Part shown: piece after piece, positions 16,055 to 25,878 of the stretch
How the letters are laid out: each line of letters begins with the position of its first letter
How positions within the stretch are numbered: the stretch's first letter is position 1
Source: a virus
Taxonomy: Duplodnaviria; Caudoviricetes
DNA: 53,709 nt
Virus record (IMG/VR): IMGVR_UViG_3300044999_000048
Location: 1-53,709 of that record
Direction: 5' to 3' (one strand)
Notes under the pieces: model-generated
Databases searched by the model: none
What the model was told of the DNA's origin: nothing
Seen by the model: the letters and a program-made list of their open reading frames with translations, nothing else
Position numbers and translations under genes: made by a program

Positions 16055-17677
16055 CTAAAGCCCCCCCGCAGTCGCTGCTTCGATCTTATAGTGCGGGTAC
16101 TTCTTCTTAAATTCGTCGGCTTCTTCTTGCGTCATTTCTTCCTGTGTCGATTGTTTGCCGTCTGTAATCGTAAACTTCTTGGTCGCGCCAACGCCTTTCG
16201 GGCCGGGCTTACCACCATTCATCGAGGGCGGCGTTGGGCTCATGCCGAAGCCGGTGCTGCCAGTTACTTCCCGAATATCTTCGGCGGAAAACCCGCGATC
16301 GGCTAGTTGGCTGCCAACGTGTTGCAGCATGTTGTCGTACTCTTTTTGATCGTCCTTGTTAACCGCGCTACGCGCCTTGATGCGCAACGAGCCTTTCCCG
16401 GCGCCCGGCTCGACAAACTCTCTCCAGCGTTTGTTGGACGACAGATCATTGTAAATACTCTGCTCTATTTGAGCCTTTTCCGGGGTTGGAATCTGCCGCG
16501 GCTTCTCGCCAGACTTGGTGGGATACGTAATGTCCATCCACTTTTGAGCCGCTTCCTGCTCGGTCGGCTCACGGCCAAGTTCTTTTTGTAGCGCAAGCTT
16601 GATGTTCTTTTTGAGGTCCGCGTTTTGCTCTTCGTACGCAGTTGGCTTTTGACCTACCTTGTTCCAGTACGCCTGGTCGGCCAGGTAGAGATCGAGCGCG
16701 TCGCGATCGTCCTTCACGTCCACAGGCCGGCCCGTCAGCTTGTTCGTTGCGCGCTTGCCGATCATGTTTTGGTAGATCGTGAACGGATCGGTCTTGCCTT
16801 CCGGCAGGTACACGGACAGCACGCGCTCTTCGGTCGGCGAAAGCGGCTGGTTGCGCTGTTTTTTCTCATACGCCGCCATGCCGTCGGTGGCCATCGTGCT
16901 TTGCAGTTTGAGCGTCGCAGTTTCCGCGTCGCGTTTCAGTTGTGTTGCGCGCGGATCGGGAATCTCTTTGAGGTTTCCAGTCAACGCCTGTTGCTGCGCG
17001 AGCAAATTTGCAGCCTTTTCCCGGTCTTCATCCGTCTTCACGCCGTTAGAAAGCAGGCCGGTAAGCTGTTTATTCACGGAATCAACCTGGTCCATTTGCT
17101 CGTTGGTCTTTTTCTCCCGCTGCAACTGAAGCTGCTGCTGTTGCTGCTCCGGGGAAGGCCCGTGAGGCTGGCTCATCATCTGCAGTATTTGCGGGCTCTT
17201 GTAGAGCTGGAGCATTTCTTCGGTCCCGAATTGCGGCTTCTGCGCTGTTAGGTTTCCGCCCATGCGCGACAGCACGCCCTTGATGCCCTTTTTCTTTGGC
17301 TGGCCACCCGGCTGCGTGTAGCGCTCTACGTTGTCAATCCACACCTGATACGCCTTGCCGAGATTGGCCGTTGCCTGCTTGCGCGCGTCTTCCGGCGCAG
17401 AGGGATCCGAGGCGGTCGCCTGAAGCTGCTGGTAGGTTTGCCAAGCAGAGGTAATAGAAAACTGCGCGGTCTGCTGCATTTTTCTTTCATGGACATCTTT
17501 GCCGGCCAGCATTCCGTGCAGAAAATTCGAAGCAATATTAGCGAATTGACCGGCGTGGCCCGTACCCGATGCCGGCGCCATCTGATTGGGCTCTGGACGC
17601 GGACCTACCGGCGTCGGCTCCGGAATTTGTATCGGGGGCGGTGAAAGGTCGTAAACCGGATTAGGTCGACCACCCAT
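16055..17677 (-). CDS. Putative internal virion/DNA ejection protein
   Basis: 540 aa, Gln/Ala/Lys-rich helical; lies between a pilot-like gene and the giant protein. Confidence 0.55.
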   Translation of the reverse strand: MGGRPNPVYDLSPPPIQIPEPTPVGPRPEPNQMAPASGTGHAGQFANIASNFLHGMLAGKDVHERKMQQTAQFSITSAWQTYQQLQATASDPSAPEDARKQATANLGKAYQVWIDNVERYTQPGGQPKKKGIKGVLSRMGGNLTAQKPQFGTEEMLQLYKSPQILQMMSQPHGPSPEQQQQQLQLQREKKTNEQMDQVDSVNKQLTGLLSNGVKTDEDREKAANLLAQQQALTGNLKEIPDPRATQLKRDAETATLKLQSTMATDGMAAYEKKQRNQPLSPTEERVLSVYLPEGKTDPFTIYQNMIGKRATNKLTGRPVDVKDDRDALDLYLADQAYWNKVGQKPTAYEEQNADLKKNIKLALQKELGREPTEQEAAQKWMDITYPTKSGEKPRQIPTPEKAQIEQSIYNDLSSNKRWREFVEPGAGKGSLRIKARSAVNKDDQKEYDNMLQHVGSQLADRGFSAEDIREVTGSTGFGMSPTPPSMNGGKPGPKGVGATKKFTITDGKQSTQEEMTQEEADEFKKKYPHYKIEAATAGGL

Positions 17678-18407
17678 GCTTATACTTTGCTTCCGCCTTC
17701 TTGAGCGCTACATCAAACAGCGCCCGGAATGCTTGCTTTAGCCAAACAGATTTACTAATCACCCTAGCAGCACGCTCGCCGTACTTGCAGTAGGCGGCCA
17801 CCACGTACTTTCCGATGAAAGTTTTTGCGTAATCGTTCGCGAGCCATCGACGTACCAGGGTTACGCGAGGCCCAGTAAAGAAGTTTTCTTTGAACACCAC
17901 GGCGGCAATCCAACAAGCAGCCATCCCCGCCCCACTCGCGAGCGACCCGAAAAAGCCCATCGTGCTGGCCTTATTAGCCGACTGGTTCTGCATCACGCTC
18001 TGATAGCCCTGCAGAGCGTTGGCCATTTCGTTTACAGAGAGCCCCAGTCCCGTCGACGCAAGGTTCGCGAGCGCGGGGAAGGACGACGTGTACGCGGACG
18101 TCTGAAGGTTCCCAATCTGCGCGGCCTTCGATATGTCTGCTTCCTCGATCGCAAGGTTCGCCTCCCCGCCGCGTGGCGCATTCGCTAGAATGTTTTTCTT
18201 TGTTGCTTCTGTATTTCCAATGATCGAATTTACCGACGGCGCAACCGCACTAAAAATGGCGCTCGGGTCACCGCTGGAAAGTTTCGTATAGTAAGCTTCT
18301 GCGGCCTTCAATCCAGGTGCAGTTGTCGCGTAAGTTTCAGCAGATTGCTGCTGTGATTGCTTCGCCGCTTCGTCTGCTTGTGTTTGAGCTGGAGGTCCGC
18401 CACCCAT
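17661..18407 (-). CDS. Putative DNA pilot/ejection protein with C-terminal CWIA/CFI-box-like domain
   Basis: MGGG start, Ala/Ser/Gln-rich, GFFGSLASGAG, then CWIAAVVF...LVRRWL...YCKYGE. Confidence 0.55.
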   Translation of the reverse strand: MGGGPPAQTQADEAAKQSQQQSAETYATTAPGLKAAEAYYTKLSSGDPSAIFSAVAPSVNSIIGNTEATKKNILANAPRGGEANLAIEEADISKAAQIGNLQTSAYTSSFPALANLASTGLGLSVNEMANALQGYQSVMQNQSANKASTMGFFGSLASGAGMAACWIAAVVFKENFFTGPRVTLVRRWLANDYAKTFIGKYVVAAYCKYGERAARVISKSVWLKQAFRALFDVALKKAEAKYKHGWST

Positions 18408-18934
18408 TACACCACTCCAAATTTGGAGCTTCTCTTACGATTTGCCACCTGTTCTGCTTGAGTCATCCAAACGCAATTCCCTGGCTCATAGTTTCCAACG
18501 TCTCCGAAACGGCCTAAAGTTGTTCCCAAAGGGCGCGGCCCCATATCAGTCAAAAAATTCTCGAAACTTTCCCATCGTGGAGAAATTTTAACGCCTGCGC
18601 CGCCATAATACTTCCACCGTGAACTTTTTGGATTCGTGCAACGATAAAACATATGTTCCCAGCTTCGATATTCTGGTGTTTCTGTGCCATTGGATGCATG
18701 CCCATGAGTTTTACAAATCGCATTCCCAGACATTCGAGCAGACATGAGTTTTCTTCTGAGACAGCCACAACTCTTTGCGTCACCGCTTCTCAGACTTGTC
18801 CTATTAACTACCACAATTTGCTTACAAGCGCACAAGCAAAGCCAATGCACGTGTCCATGTTTCGATATTCCAGCAGGCCACTGGACAGTCAACTCACCAA
18901 ACTTTTGTCCGGTTAAATCTCTAAGTGGTGGCAC
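18407..18934 (-). CDS. Free-standing HNH-type homing endonuclease
   Basis: DLTGQKFG.LTV, WLCLCAC, SCGC, W..M..RC.N...YYGG.G, FL.DMG.RP, GNYEPGNCVW; lower GC than flanks. Confidence 0.85.
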   Translation of the reverse strand: MPPLRDLTGQKFGELTVQWPAGISKHGHVHWLCLCACKQIVVVNRTSLRSGDAKSCGCLRRKLMSARMSGNAICKTHGHASNGTETPEYRSWEHMFYRCTNPKSSRWKYYGGAGVKISPRWESFENFLTDMGPRPLGTTLGRFGDVGNYEPGNCVWMTQAEQVANRKRSSKFGVV

Positions 18935-19557
18935 TACGTTTCCACCTTTCCAAATCTTGTGCCAAAGTGCCGTAAAAATTCTTCACGCATCAAATAAACC
19001 AACATGGCCTCTTCTGGTCCGCGCCCGGTCATAAAAAACAAAGGAAGCCTGCCAATCTCATGGAAGTAATGTTCCCGGAAGAATTGTACAGCCAATCGGT
19101 TCGATGGGAGCAAGGTTCCGTAAAGAATAGCAACCCCCTCTTTGTTGAAAAACCAGTCCAGCGCAATCCTGGTCAAATCACGAATCTCCGGTCGGCCCCA
19201 GTACTTTCTTAGAAAACAATATCCAATGTTCGCTTTCGTCCACGGTTTCGGGTTGCCATATTCTGACAAAAACGCATATCCCATCACATCACTGTCAGCT
19301 TTCGAGAACCCTATGACGAGCGGCCAGCGGCTTAGTTTTTCGATAAATTGCGGAAGCGTGATTTCTTCTTCTCCTGGGAAAATTCTACGCAGGAGACGGT
19401 CCTCTTTGGTGCGGGCGAATAAGTAGGGGATGGTCGAGTCAGGGAAAGGACTCCCCTTTCCCGACCAAAACGGCGATAGGTACACCTCGTTTGTTTCGTT
19501 AGGGCCAAGCTTCCTTGCCTCGATCGGAGGCGGTACCGCTGTGAGTGTCTGGTTCAT
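18934..19557 (-). CDS. GNAT-family acetyltransferase-like protein
   Basis: IGYCFLRKYWGR, ALDWFF, LYGTLLPSNRLA..F....F..IGRL; usual position ahead of ejection genes in podoviruses. Confidence 0.75.
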   Translation of the reverse strand: MNQTLTAVPPPIEARKLGPNETNEVYLSPFWSGKGSPFPDSTIPYLFARTKEDRLLRRIFPGEEEITLPQFIEKLSRWPLVIGFSKADSDVMGYAFLSEYGNPKPWTKANIGYCFLRKYWGRPEIRDLTRIALDWFFNKEGVAILYGTLLPSNRLAVQFFREHYFHEIGRLPLFFMTGRGPEEAMLVYLMREEFLRHFGTRFGKVET

Positions 19558-19883
19558 GTCGTTTTATCGGTGATCAGCCCTAGCCCGGCCAGCGCCGTCA
19601 GCAAACTCGCGAGCGCGGCGTTGCCGCCCCTGCTTCCTGTAACCGCAGGCACCGTGGAAGGTACAATCTTCCCCACCGCGTTCAGGTTGTGCGTCTGCAA
19701 ATCCAAGTCTCCGCTTAGCCGTTCCCCAGCAACCAGCACCACCACACCGTTGTAGCCAATCAGGGAGTTGACTGCCTGCGCGAGTTGCAGCAATAGGTTA
19801 TTTAGCCCGGCCAGACGTGGGTCCTCCATGTCTGATTTTTTGATCTCGCGATAGGCAACTTGAGGTGCTGCGCTGACTGCCAT
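19554..19883 (-). CDS. Small virion-module protein
   Basis: 109-aa ORF coupled to both neighbours; C-terminal VTGSRGGNAALASLLTALAGLGLI. Confidence 0.55.
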   Translation of the reverse strand: MAVSAAPQVAYREIKKSDMEDPRLAGLNNLLLQLAQAVNSLIGYNGVVVLVAGERLSGDLDLQTHNLNAVGKIVPSTVPAVTGSRGGNAALASLLTALAGLGLITDKTT

Positions 19884-19884
19884 T

Positions 19885-22875
19885 TCAGACGCCTCCCTGG
19901 GCCGTTATCTGCCCGAACGGGAATCTACCATAGCCCTTGTCACTGGTGATAGGTTTAACCTCAAGAAACGACTCGCCGTACAATTGAAAATCGCTCGCGC
20001 TGGTAGCCACAAGCCGCCATAGTTTGCCCTTAAAAGCAGGGAATCTCTTTTTTACCGAAGTCCGCACTACTGTTTGAGGCAGGTTGAATGAATACGACGC
20101 AGTCGCCGACCCTTCCAGGTACACATTGAACGTAATCCCGCCAGCGTCAGGACCGACATATTCAAAATAGCCTTGCTTGACGAACTTAAACTCGTCGGTT
20201 CCCATCTTAATCCAATAGCTGTCGTAGGTCTTCCGCTGCTCTGCGTCGACCGCGGCCTTGATGTGCCACTGATAAAGATGTACGGCCGCGACGGTCGGAG
20301 AAACCGAGCCCGTGATCCGCAACGCCACATTTTTAGAAACCTGTCCGTTTCCAGTATTGATTGGAAACGTAACCTGCTTCCTCCCGGCAACCCCACCCAC
20401 AGTTCCTAGACTCACCACCGTGGCAGTGTTGTCAAACAAAAGAAAAACGTTGAGCGTGCTTCCGCCCGTGTCGAGATCCAGCGTGAATTCGTTGTAGACC
20501 TTGTCGTTTCTCGGATACCCCTGATCAAGGGATGGAGTCTCTAGATTGAGTGGTATCGCTACAGATTGGCGAACGCCAACAACGAATCCTTCCTGATCCC
20601 AATCGCTGCGGCGGTCCTTGTAAATCATGCCGTCGCCCAACTCGGAAATGATCAGTTCTCCCGTGTCCTCCTCGAAAAACATCGCGTCGCAGGAGACCGA
20701 ATCGTTTCTCCAGCGTTTATTTACCGTATCGTAGATCATGCGGCGCTTGGAGCCGGAAACGCCTGTGTAACACAGGAAAAATTCACCTTTATTGTAGGCA
20801 GCAATCGTGGAGGACCGCTTGGTAGAATCCAGTGGATCAAGAGGCCCTAAATTAGGTTGCTTGTCCGAAAAGACCCACTCGATTTGCTCGCTGATGTAAG
20901 TCGAGTCATCCGCCAAAAACGAATACACGCCATCGTAAGACAGGTAAATGATCGACTGCTCGGCAATGGCCCAGGCAAAGTTTGCCGACAAGCCGTGCCG
21001 CGAGCCGGTAGGAATCGGTTGAGGCGTTCCTCCACCATAGGACAGAATGCGATAGACACGGCTCTGCGTGAACACGAACACTTGCCCGCGAATTGCCACG
21101 ACGGCCATGATCGGATCGCTCGGAACTCCAATTTCGATGTAATTCTGCGGCGGAAACGATTCCGGGTTTTGCGGCTTGGAATAGTACAGCCGGTTGGGAT
21201 TAACCGGATCTCCGGCCAAAAACGCTTGCTGAGAGCCGATCGCCGCTAGGTTCATCGCCTGTTGCGGCTTCGAATTCATAATGACAGGAACCCCACTTGC
21301 ATGGGGAAGCTGAAAAATAGCTTTAAACTGGGTCGTGCTTAAAACCTGATTGACCAAAACAAATTCTTGGTTAACTCCCGAATCCACGATCACGACTTGA
21401 TACGGATAAAAAGTCGTGGCATCGTTCACGGTCATCGTCACAAAGCCGGCAGCCGTGGCTCCATTTATCGTGGAATTGTATTGAGAAGCCAGCGTCGTCG
21501 TGCAAGGCGGATCGTTGTCGATCTGCAGAACCGGCTTAGTCGCAATTGTAGAATCCGGAAAAACATCCAAAAAAGAGCCAAACAAAAACGATACGGGCAC
21601 CGTCCCAATCAAGAGCCACGCGGCGAACAAGGTTCCACCTCGCCGATAAATCCGAAAATGGGTCGCTTGACCATCGTTGTACGAGAATGTCGTGGCCGGC
21701 CAAGTCAGCAAAACCGGTTGATTGGTCGGCGCCACCGTGTTTCGGGTAACGAAAACCGCCGTTGGATTGGATTCTCCGCCTGTATTTTGATTGTAGAGCG
21801 TCATCCGGTAGTCGTAATTGTTGGCGTTTCCCGTCACGTCGGGCCCGGGAGATATGATCGCCATGGACCCGCCGAGCGCTAGCGCTTCATTGAAAAACGG
21901 AACGGCAATCGCAAAACTCGCCGTTCCCCCCGTTCCGCTACGAACCGTCCAAGTGCTGTTGTAGGTTGCGTCCGCGTTGCCAGTAATGGTTACCTTAACC
22001 CCGGTCGGCACATCCACCGTCGGCGGAGAAAACAGAGCCACCGTGGCAAGAGACACGGCAGCCACTCCTCCATTGCTGTTGGCAAGGCCGCTCGAGCCAT
22101 GCACAAATTGAACGGTTTTCTGGGTCGGATCGGCCGGAATGGCGGTGATCGTCCAGGTCCCGTTGTAAGCCGCCACGCTGGCGCCGGCTATCCGGATTTG
22201 ATCTCCCACCTGCAACCAAGCAAAAGCTCCTGAAAAAGCAGCGGTTACCGTGACAACATTTCCAACTTCCACGCAGGCGTTTGAAGCGGCCAGGTTTTGA
22301 TCGCCGTTCGACGTCACCGAGGCAATAGGCAAACTGAAACCGACCGAGGCATTGATAAATCCAAAGGGAGGAAGAACTCCCCAGAATTGAAGAGTGGAAA
22401 ACAGCCCATTGTCCTTGTACATCGCGCTCTGGTCCGCGAGAAAGATGTAAGGTGTTGAAGAAAAAGCTGGGCGGTAGGTAACAGCACTTAGAGCATTTCC
22501 ACTAATATTTGTGCCAGGAAGTAAAATCTGTGTGTAGGCGCCGTTTGTATCTCCCGTACGCCTCCAGGCTGGCCGGCCAGGGCCGGAAACATCATGGCCA
22601 AAAGCGTAACGGTATGTATTTGTTCCAGTTGCCTTCAAACGGCCAAACGAAGTAATCGTCAGAGGGTTAGGACCGTTTACCAACGGAAAATTATTTGTTC
22701 CATTCGTGGTGATCGCCGTACGGCCTAGCCGGCTGCTGAGCGCACCCTCTTGCCGCACCTCGAAACCATCTAAATTGAAATAGGTGCCTTCCGGGGCGCG
22801 ATCCCGCGCAAACAAGGCCACAAGCCCTTTGGACGTAAAGGCGTAAGGATATGGGACATAGGACTGCTCGCTCAT
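19885..22875 (-). CDS. Putative tail nozzle/hub (packaged-DNA stabilisation-type) protein
   Basis: 996 aa, beta-rich; NRLYYSKP.NPESFP, IIYLSYDGVY and YD....RW propeller-like motifs; follows adaptor genes. Confidence 0.6.
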   Translation of the reverse strand: MSEQSYVPYPYAFTSKGLVALFARDRAPEGTYFNLDGFEVRQEGALSSRLGRTAITTNGTNNFPLVNGPNPLTITSFGRLKATGTNTYRYAFGHDVSGPGRPAWRRTGDTNGAYTQILLPGTNISGNALSAVTYRPAFSSTPYIFLADQSAMYKDNGLFSTLQFWGVLPPFGFINASVGFSLPIASVTSNGDQNLAASNACVEVGNVVTVTAAFSGAFAWLQVGDQIRIAGASVAAYNGTWTITAIPADPTQKTVQFVHGSSGLANSNGGVAAVSLATVALFSPPTVDVPTGVKVTITGNADATYNSTWTVRSGTGGTASFAIAVPFFNEALALGGSMAIISPGPDVTGNANNYDYRMTLYNQNTGGESNPTAVFVTRNTVAPTNQPVLLTWPATTFSYNDGQATHFRIYRRGGTLFAAWLLIGTVPVSFLFGSFLDVFPDSTIATKPVLQIDNDPPCTTTLASQYNSTINGATAAGFVTMTVNDATTFYPYQVVIVDSGVNQEFVLVNQVLSTTQFKAIFQLPHASGVPVIMNSKPQQAMNLAAIGSQQAFLAGDPVNPNRLYYSKPQNPESFPPQNYIEIGVPSDPIMAVVAIRGQVFVFTQSRVYRILSYGGGTPQPIPTGSRHGLSANFAWAIAEQSIIYLSYDGVYSFLADDSTYISEQIEWVFSDKQPNLGPLDPLDSTKRSSTIAAYNKGEFFLCYTGVSGSKRRMIYDTVNKRWRNDSVSCDAMFFEEDTGELIISELGDGMIYKDRRSDWDQEGFVVGVRQSVAIPLNLETPSLDQGYPRNDKVYNEFTLDLDTGGSTLNVFLLFDNTATVVSLGTVGGVAGRKQVTFPINTGNGQVSKNVALRITGSVSPTVAAVHLYQWHIKAAVDAEQRKTYDSYWIKMGTDEFKFVKQGYFEYVGPDAGGITFNVYLEGSATASYSFNLPQTVVRTSVKKRFPAFKGKLWRLVATSASDFQLYGESFLEVKPITSDKGYGRFPFGQITAQGGV

Positions 22876-23774
22876 TGATTGACCATCATAGGCGAGAATT
22901 TGGAGGCTTGCATTTGGTCTGCTTCCATCTCCGCCGCCAAGGTTTCCGACGCCAGCAAGAACATCCGCGCCAGCATAACCCCAAAATCCACTTTTTTCTG
23001 GCAGAATTTCGCACGTAAATCGTCGCGCTGCTCGCCATCTTTGGAAAACGCTCGAGCGAGCGTCCCGTATTTCAGGTACATCGTAAAAATATCCGGCAGT
23101 ACAAACGGCGTCAGAAACGTCAACGGATTGACAGTCTCCTTCACCGAGTACCAGAGCTGGGCGGTAATGCCGTTGATGTCCACGAGGGGCCAGATCCCAA
23201 AGTTGTCGAGCCCGATTTCATCCTGAAACCACGCTTTTGGGTCGTCGGTCGCGTGATCGGACTGCCAATTTGGATTATCGAGGTCCAAAGTCAGCATCGA
23301 GGTGTTGGTCCAGGCTTTCTTTGTGGAAGATATCCGCTCGATCCGGATGGCGCTCGCTGGCTGCGGATAGACCCTCGTAGCAATGCTCAGCGCTTGCGTG
23401 GCACTGCTGTATACGGGGCGAACTTTGATGAGAAATTCATTCTAGGCGTTGGCGAGGTATCCGAGCATCTCTTGCTGCGTGAACAGCCCACTTGGGAAGG
23501 TAGCTCCGCTCACTGTATCGGCGGCTAGGTGGGTACTCGCAAACGTGGCTGTAAACGTCGTGGCAGTCACAGCGGTCACCGTCACCGCCTCCACATTTGG
23601 AGTTCCGCGGCCAATCACGAGGACGGCGCCGACGTAGATCCCGGTCATCACGGGCGGGCTCACCATCACGCTTCCGGGCGCGCCCACGGCCGTACCAAGG
23701 GTGGTATCGACGAATGGCTCAATGAGAACGAAGCTGACGTCTTGAAGAATGTCGATCGGTAAAACAAGCCCCAT
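22872..23774 (-). CDS. Head-tail adaptor-like protein interrupted by in-frame TAG at 23442-23444
   Basis: Reads ...QQEMLGYLANA*NEFLIKVRPVYSS...AIRIERI...SMLTLDLDNPNW...LKYGTLARAFSKDGEQRD; ORFs 23442..23774 and 22872..23297 are in frame. Confidence 0.65.
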
Positions 23775-24448
23775 CAGCGCACCTGCGTGTCACTGGCCTG
23801 CGCCGGAACGCCCGCAGACCGAGTAAAGCGCAATTTCCCGATCCGGTCTCCAAATTTGGAAAGCTCTCCCATCTTTGAAAGAAACCGCTCATACTGCACC
23901 AACCCGTTCACGAAATCAGAACCGCTTTCCTTTAGCCTAGCCATCGAAGCTGCATAGCTAGCGAGCGATTCCTGGAAACCTACGCTGAACGGAACCGTCT
24001 CTGTCCCGGTGTACGGACTCGAAACAGACACAGGAAAATTCAAAGTAGTTAGAAAAACCTGCACAGGTGCAGTCAGCGTCGGGTAGATCCCAAACTGTCC
24101 AACCCCAAATGGGAACCAACGGAGCGGCAATGGTCCGGAATCAGCTTCCCAATTGTGGCGGTCCTGGTCTAACGCCCAGAACGAGGTTTTCTCAATCGTT
24201 GTCGCGCCGTCCATCCGGGTAACCACGAATGCCGGGGAAACGAGCGAGAACAGCCGGGTATTGGCCGCGAGCGTGAAGGGTGTGCCAGCCCGGACCTGGG
24301 GAAGCCCAGTGATAAGAATCGCCTCCGACATGGCCTCGACAAGCAGAGGCCGTAGCTCGTTTTTCAAATTCCAAAACACACCTACACCATCTCTTGTTTC
24401 CTCAAGGCGATCCTGCACCAAAACCTCGAGATCTGAAATCGTACTCAC
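23774..24448 (-). CDS. Head-tail adaptor-like protein
   Basis: MSTISDL..LVQDRLEE, LDQ..HNW...G.LP.RW, GIYP, LASYAA..ARLKE; resembles the downstream gene. Confidence 0.6.
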   Translation of the reverse strand: MSTISDLEVLVQDRLEETRDGVGVFWNLKNELRPLLVEAMSEAILITGLPQVRAGTPFTLAANTRLFSLVSPAFVVTRMDGATTIEKTSFWALDQDRHNWEADSGPLPLRWFPFGVGQFGIYPTLTAPVQVFLTTLNFPVSVSSPYTGTETVPFSVGFQESLASYAASMARLKESGSDFVNGLVQYERFLSKMGELSKFGDRIGKLRFTRSAGVPAQASDTQVR

Positions 24449-24449
24449 C

Positions 24450-25403
24450 TTAATTTATCCATTCAAAGATCACGATCCCATTGCCACCATTCCCACCTGC
24501 CGCATTTCCCCCAGCCCCAGCCCCCCCTCCGCCCGCTCCTGCGCCTGTGGCAATATTCCCCACAGCCCCAATAGCAGATTGGCCGCCTCCGCCAAAGATT
24601 CCAGGAGCACCCGTACCGCCCACTGTGCCTGCATAGGTAGAACCACCACCCGTCCCACCACTTCCAGTATCCTGATTGGTCGGAGTTGCACCCGCCCCTC
24701 CTCCTGCACTTATAACACCTATCGAAAATCCGCCGCCGCCGCCCGGTGCGGTAACCGTGGCAATCGCTTGCGTGCCAGATGAAATAGAGGAATTGGCCCC
24801 TGGATTTCCTGCTGATGCGGACACGCCCGTCCCAAACGTTCCCACCGTCACCGTAATTGTGTTTCCTGGCGTCAACGAGGAAAACCATTTAATTGCGACA
24901 CTTCCTGATCCGCCACCGCCACCATTGATTATCGCTGTTGATCCACCTCCCGCACCACCACCACCGACAACCGTCGCCTTCACTGCTGTTACGCCAGCAG
25001 GAATCGTGAACATGCCGTTTAACAAGAATTGTTGAAAGTTTAGATGTGCTCCACCAACGGCAAAAGAAACATTGGTCTGCGTGTAGACAGCAACCCCGGT
25101 CCCCGAAATCTGGATGTCGTATACTCCCGGCACGGCGTAAAAATGGTAGTTCCCATTCGCGTCGGCGCTTGTCGGGTTCGCCAGCACCATCGTTAAAGCA
25201 ATGTCCGAATAAATATTCGCTAGCGGAGTACATGGGCTTCCCGTCGAGTTGGCGCTGCATACCCGCACCGTAGCGTTAGCGACCGGGCGCAGGGTTCCAG
25301 CAACATTCACCATAGCCGTGTCGTACTTTTGCACGCCTTGCGCGAACCCGGTCGACACCAGTACGAGCAAAGCAGAGATCAAGAATAGGACGCGCCGGAT
25401 CAA
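24450..25403 (-). CDS. Glycine-rich fibre-like protein with signal peptide
   Basis: MIRRVLFLISALLVLVSTGFAQ; LANP..ADANG.Y.FYA.PG.Y head domain; FTIPAGV...VVGGGGAGG...GG.G.VIFEW Gly-rich domain. Confidence 0.7.
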   Translation of the reverse strand: MIRRVLFLISALLVLVSTGFAQGVQKYDTAMVNVAGTLRPVANATVRVCSANSTGSPCTPLANIYSDIALTMVLANPTSADANGNYHFYAVPGVYDIQISGTGVAVYTQTNVSFAVGGAHLNFQQFLLNGMFTIPAGVTAVKATVVGGGGAGGGSTAIINGGGGGSGSVAIKWFSSLTPGNTITVTVGTFGTGVSASAGNPGANSSISSGTQAIATVTAPGGGGGFSIGVISAGGGAGATPTNQDTGSGGTGGGSTYAGTVGGTGAPGIFGGGGQSAIGAVGNIATGAGAGGGGAGAGGNAAGGNGGNGIVIFEWIN

Positions 25404-25624
25404 TCGCGACCTTCTTTCTTACCTCTCGTCGTACTCTTGTACATGAACGACTCATGGCCCGAAGACGCCTGCGTGATCTGAAACTCCTCATCAGAGTCCG
25501 TTTCGTAGTCAACATAGCTGGCCGTCGGCCGAGCTGTCCCGTCTACATCCCCGCGCACACCGGGATACCGCCTCTGTTGCGGCGGGCAGTCGTCAATCCC
25601 ACTGCCCTTCTTTTTGAACGCCAT
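25400..25624 (-). CDS. Small hypothetical protein
   Basis: MAFKKKG... with SD GGAGG; overlaps the next start. Confidence 0.5.
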   Translation of the reverse strand: MAFKKKGSGIDDCPPQQRRYPGVRGDVDGTARPTASYVDYETDSDEEFQITQASSGHESFMYKSTTRGKKEGRD

Positions 25625-25632
25625 AGCGCCTC

Positions 25633-25878
25633 CTAATTCCATGCTCCTGATTGAACACCAAACTTGTTTTCGAGCCGTCTGAGATGCCGCAATGACTTTA
25701 CCTCAACCGCTTTTCCTTCTGGATGCATGTTTCGCGTAACGAACGGAAAGTGCCCAGGATTTGCATTCTGAATAGGCTTGGCCGTGTAGGGAGCGCAGTT
25801 GTAGCACAACCATTCCCCACTCTCAGTGAAACGAAGCCGACCAACCGTCTGATCACATCCAGGACAAAGCATCACCAA
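25633..25878 (-). CDS. Small Zn-ribbon protein
   Basis: CPGC...CYNC; tight gene packing. Confidence 0.55.
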   Translation of the reverse strand: MVMLCPGCDQTVGRLRFTESGEWLCYNCAPYTAKPIQNANPGHFPFVTRNMHPEGKAVEVKSLRHLRRLENKFGVQSGAWN

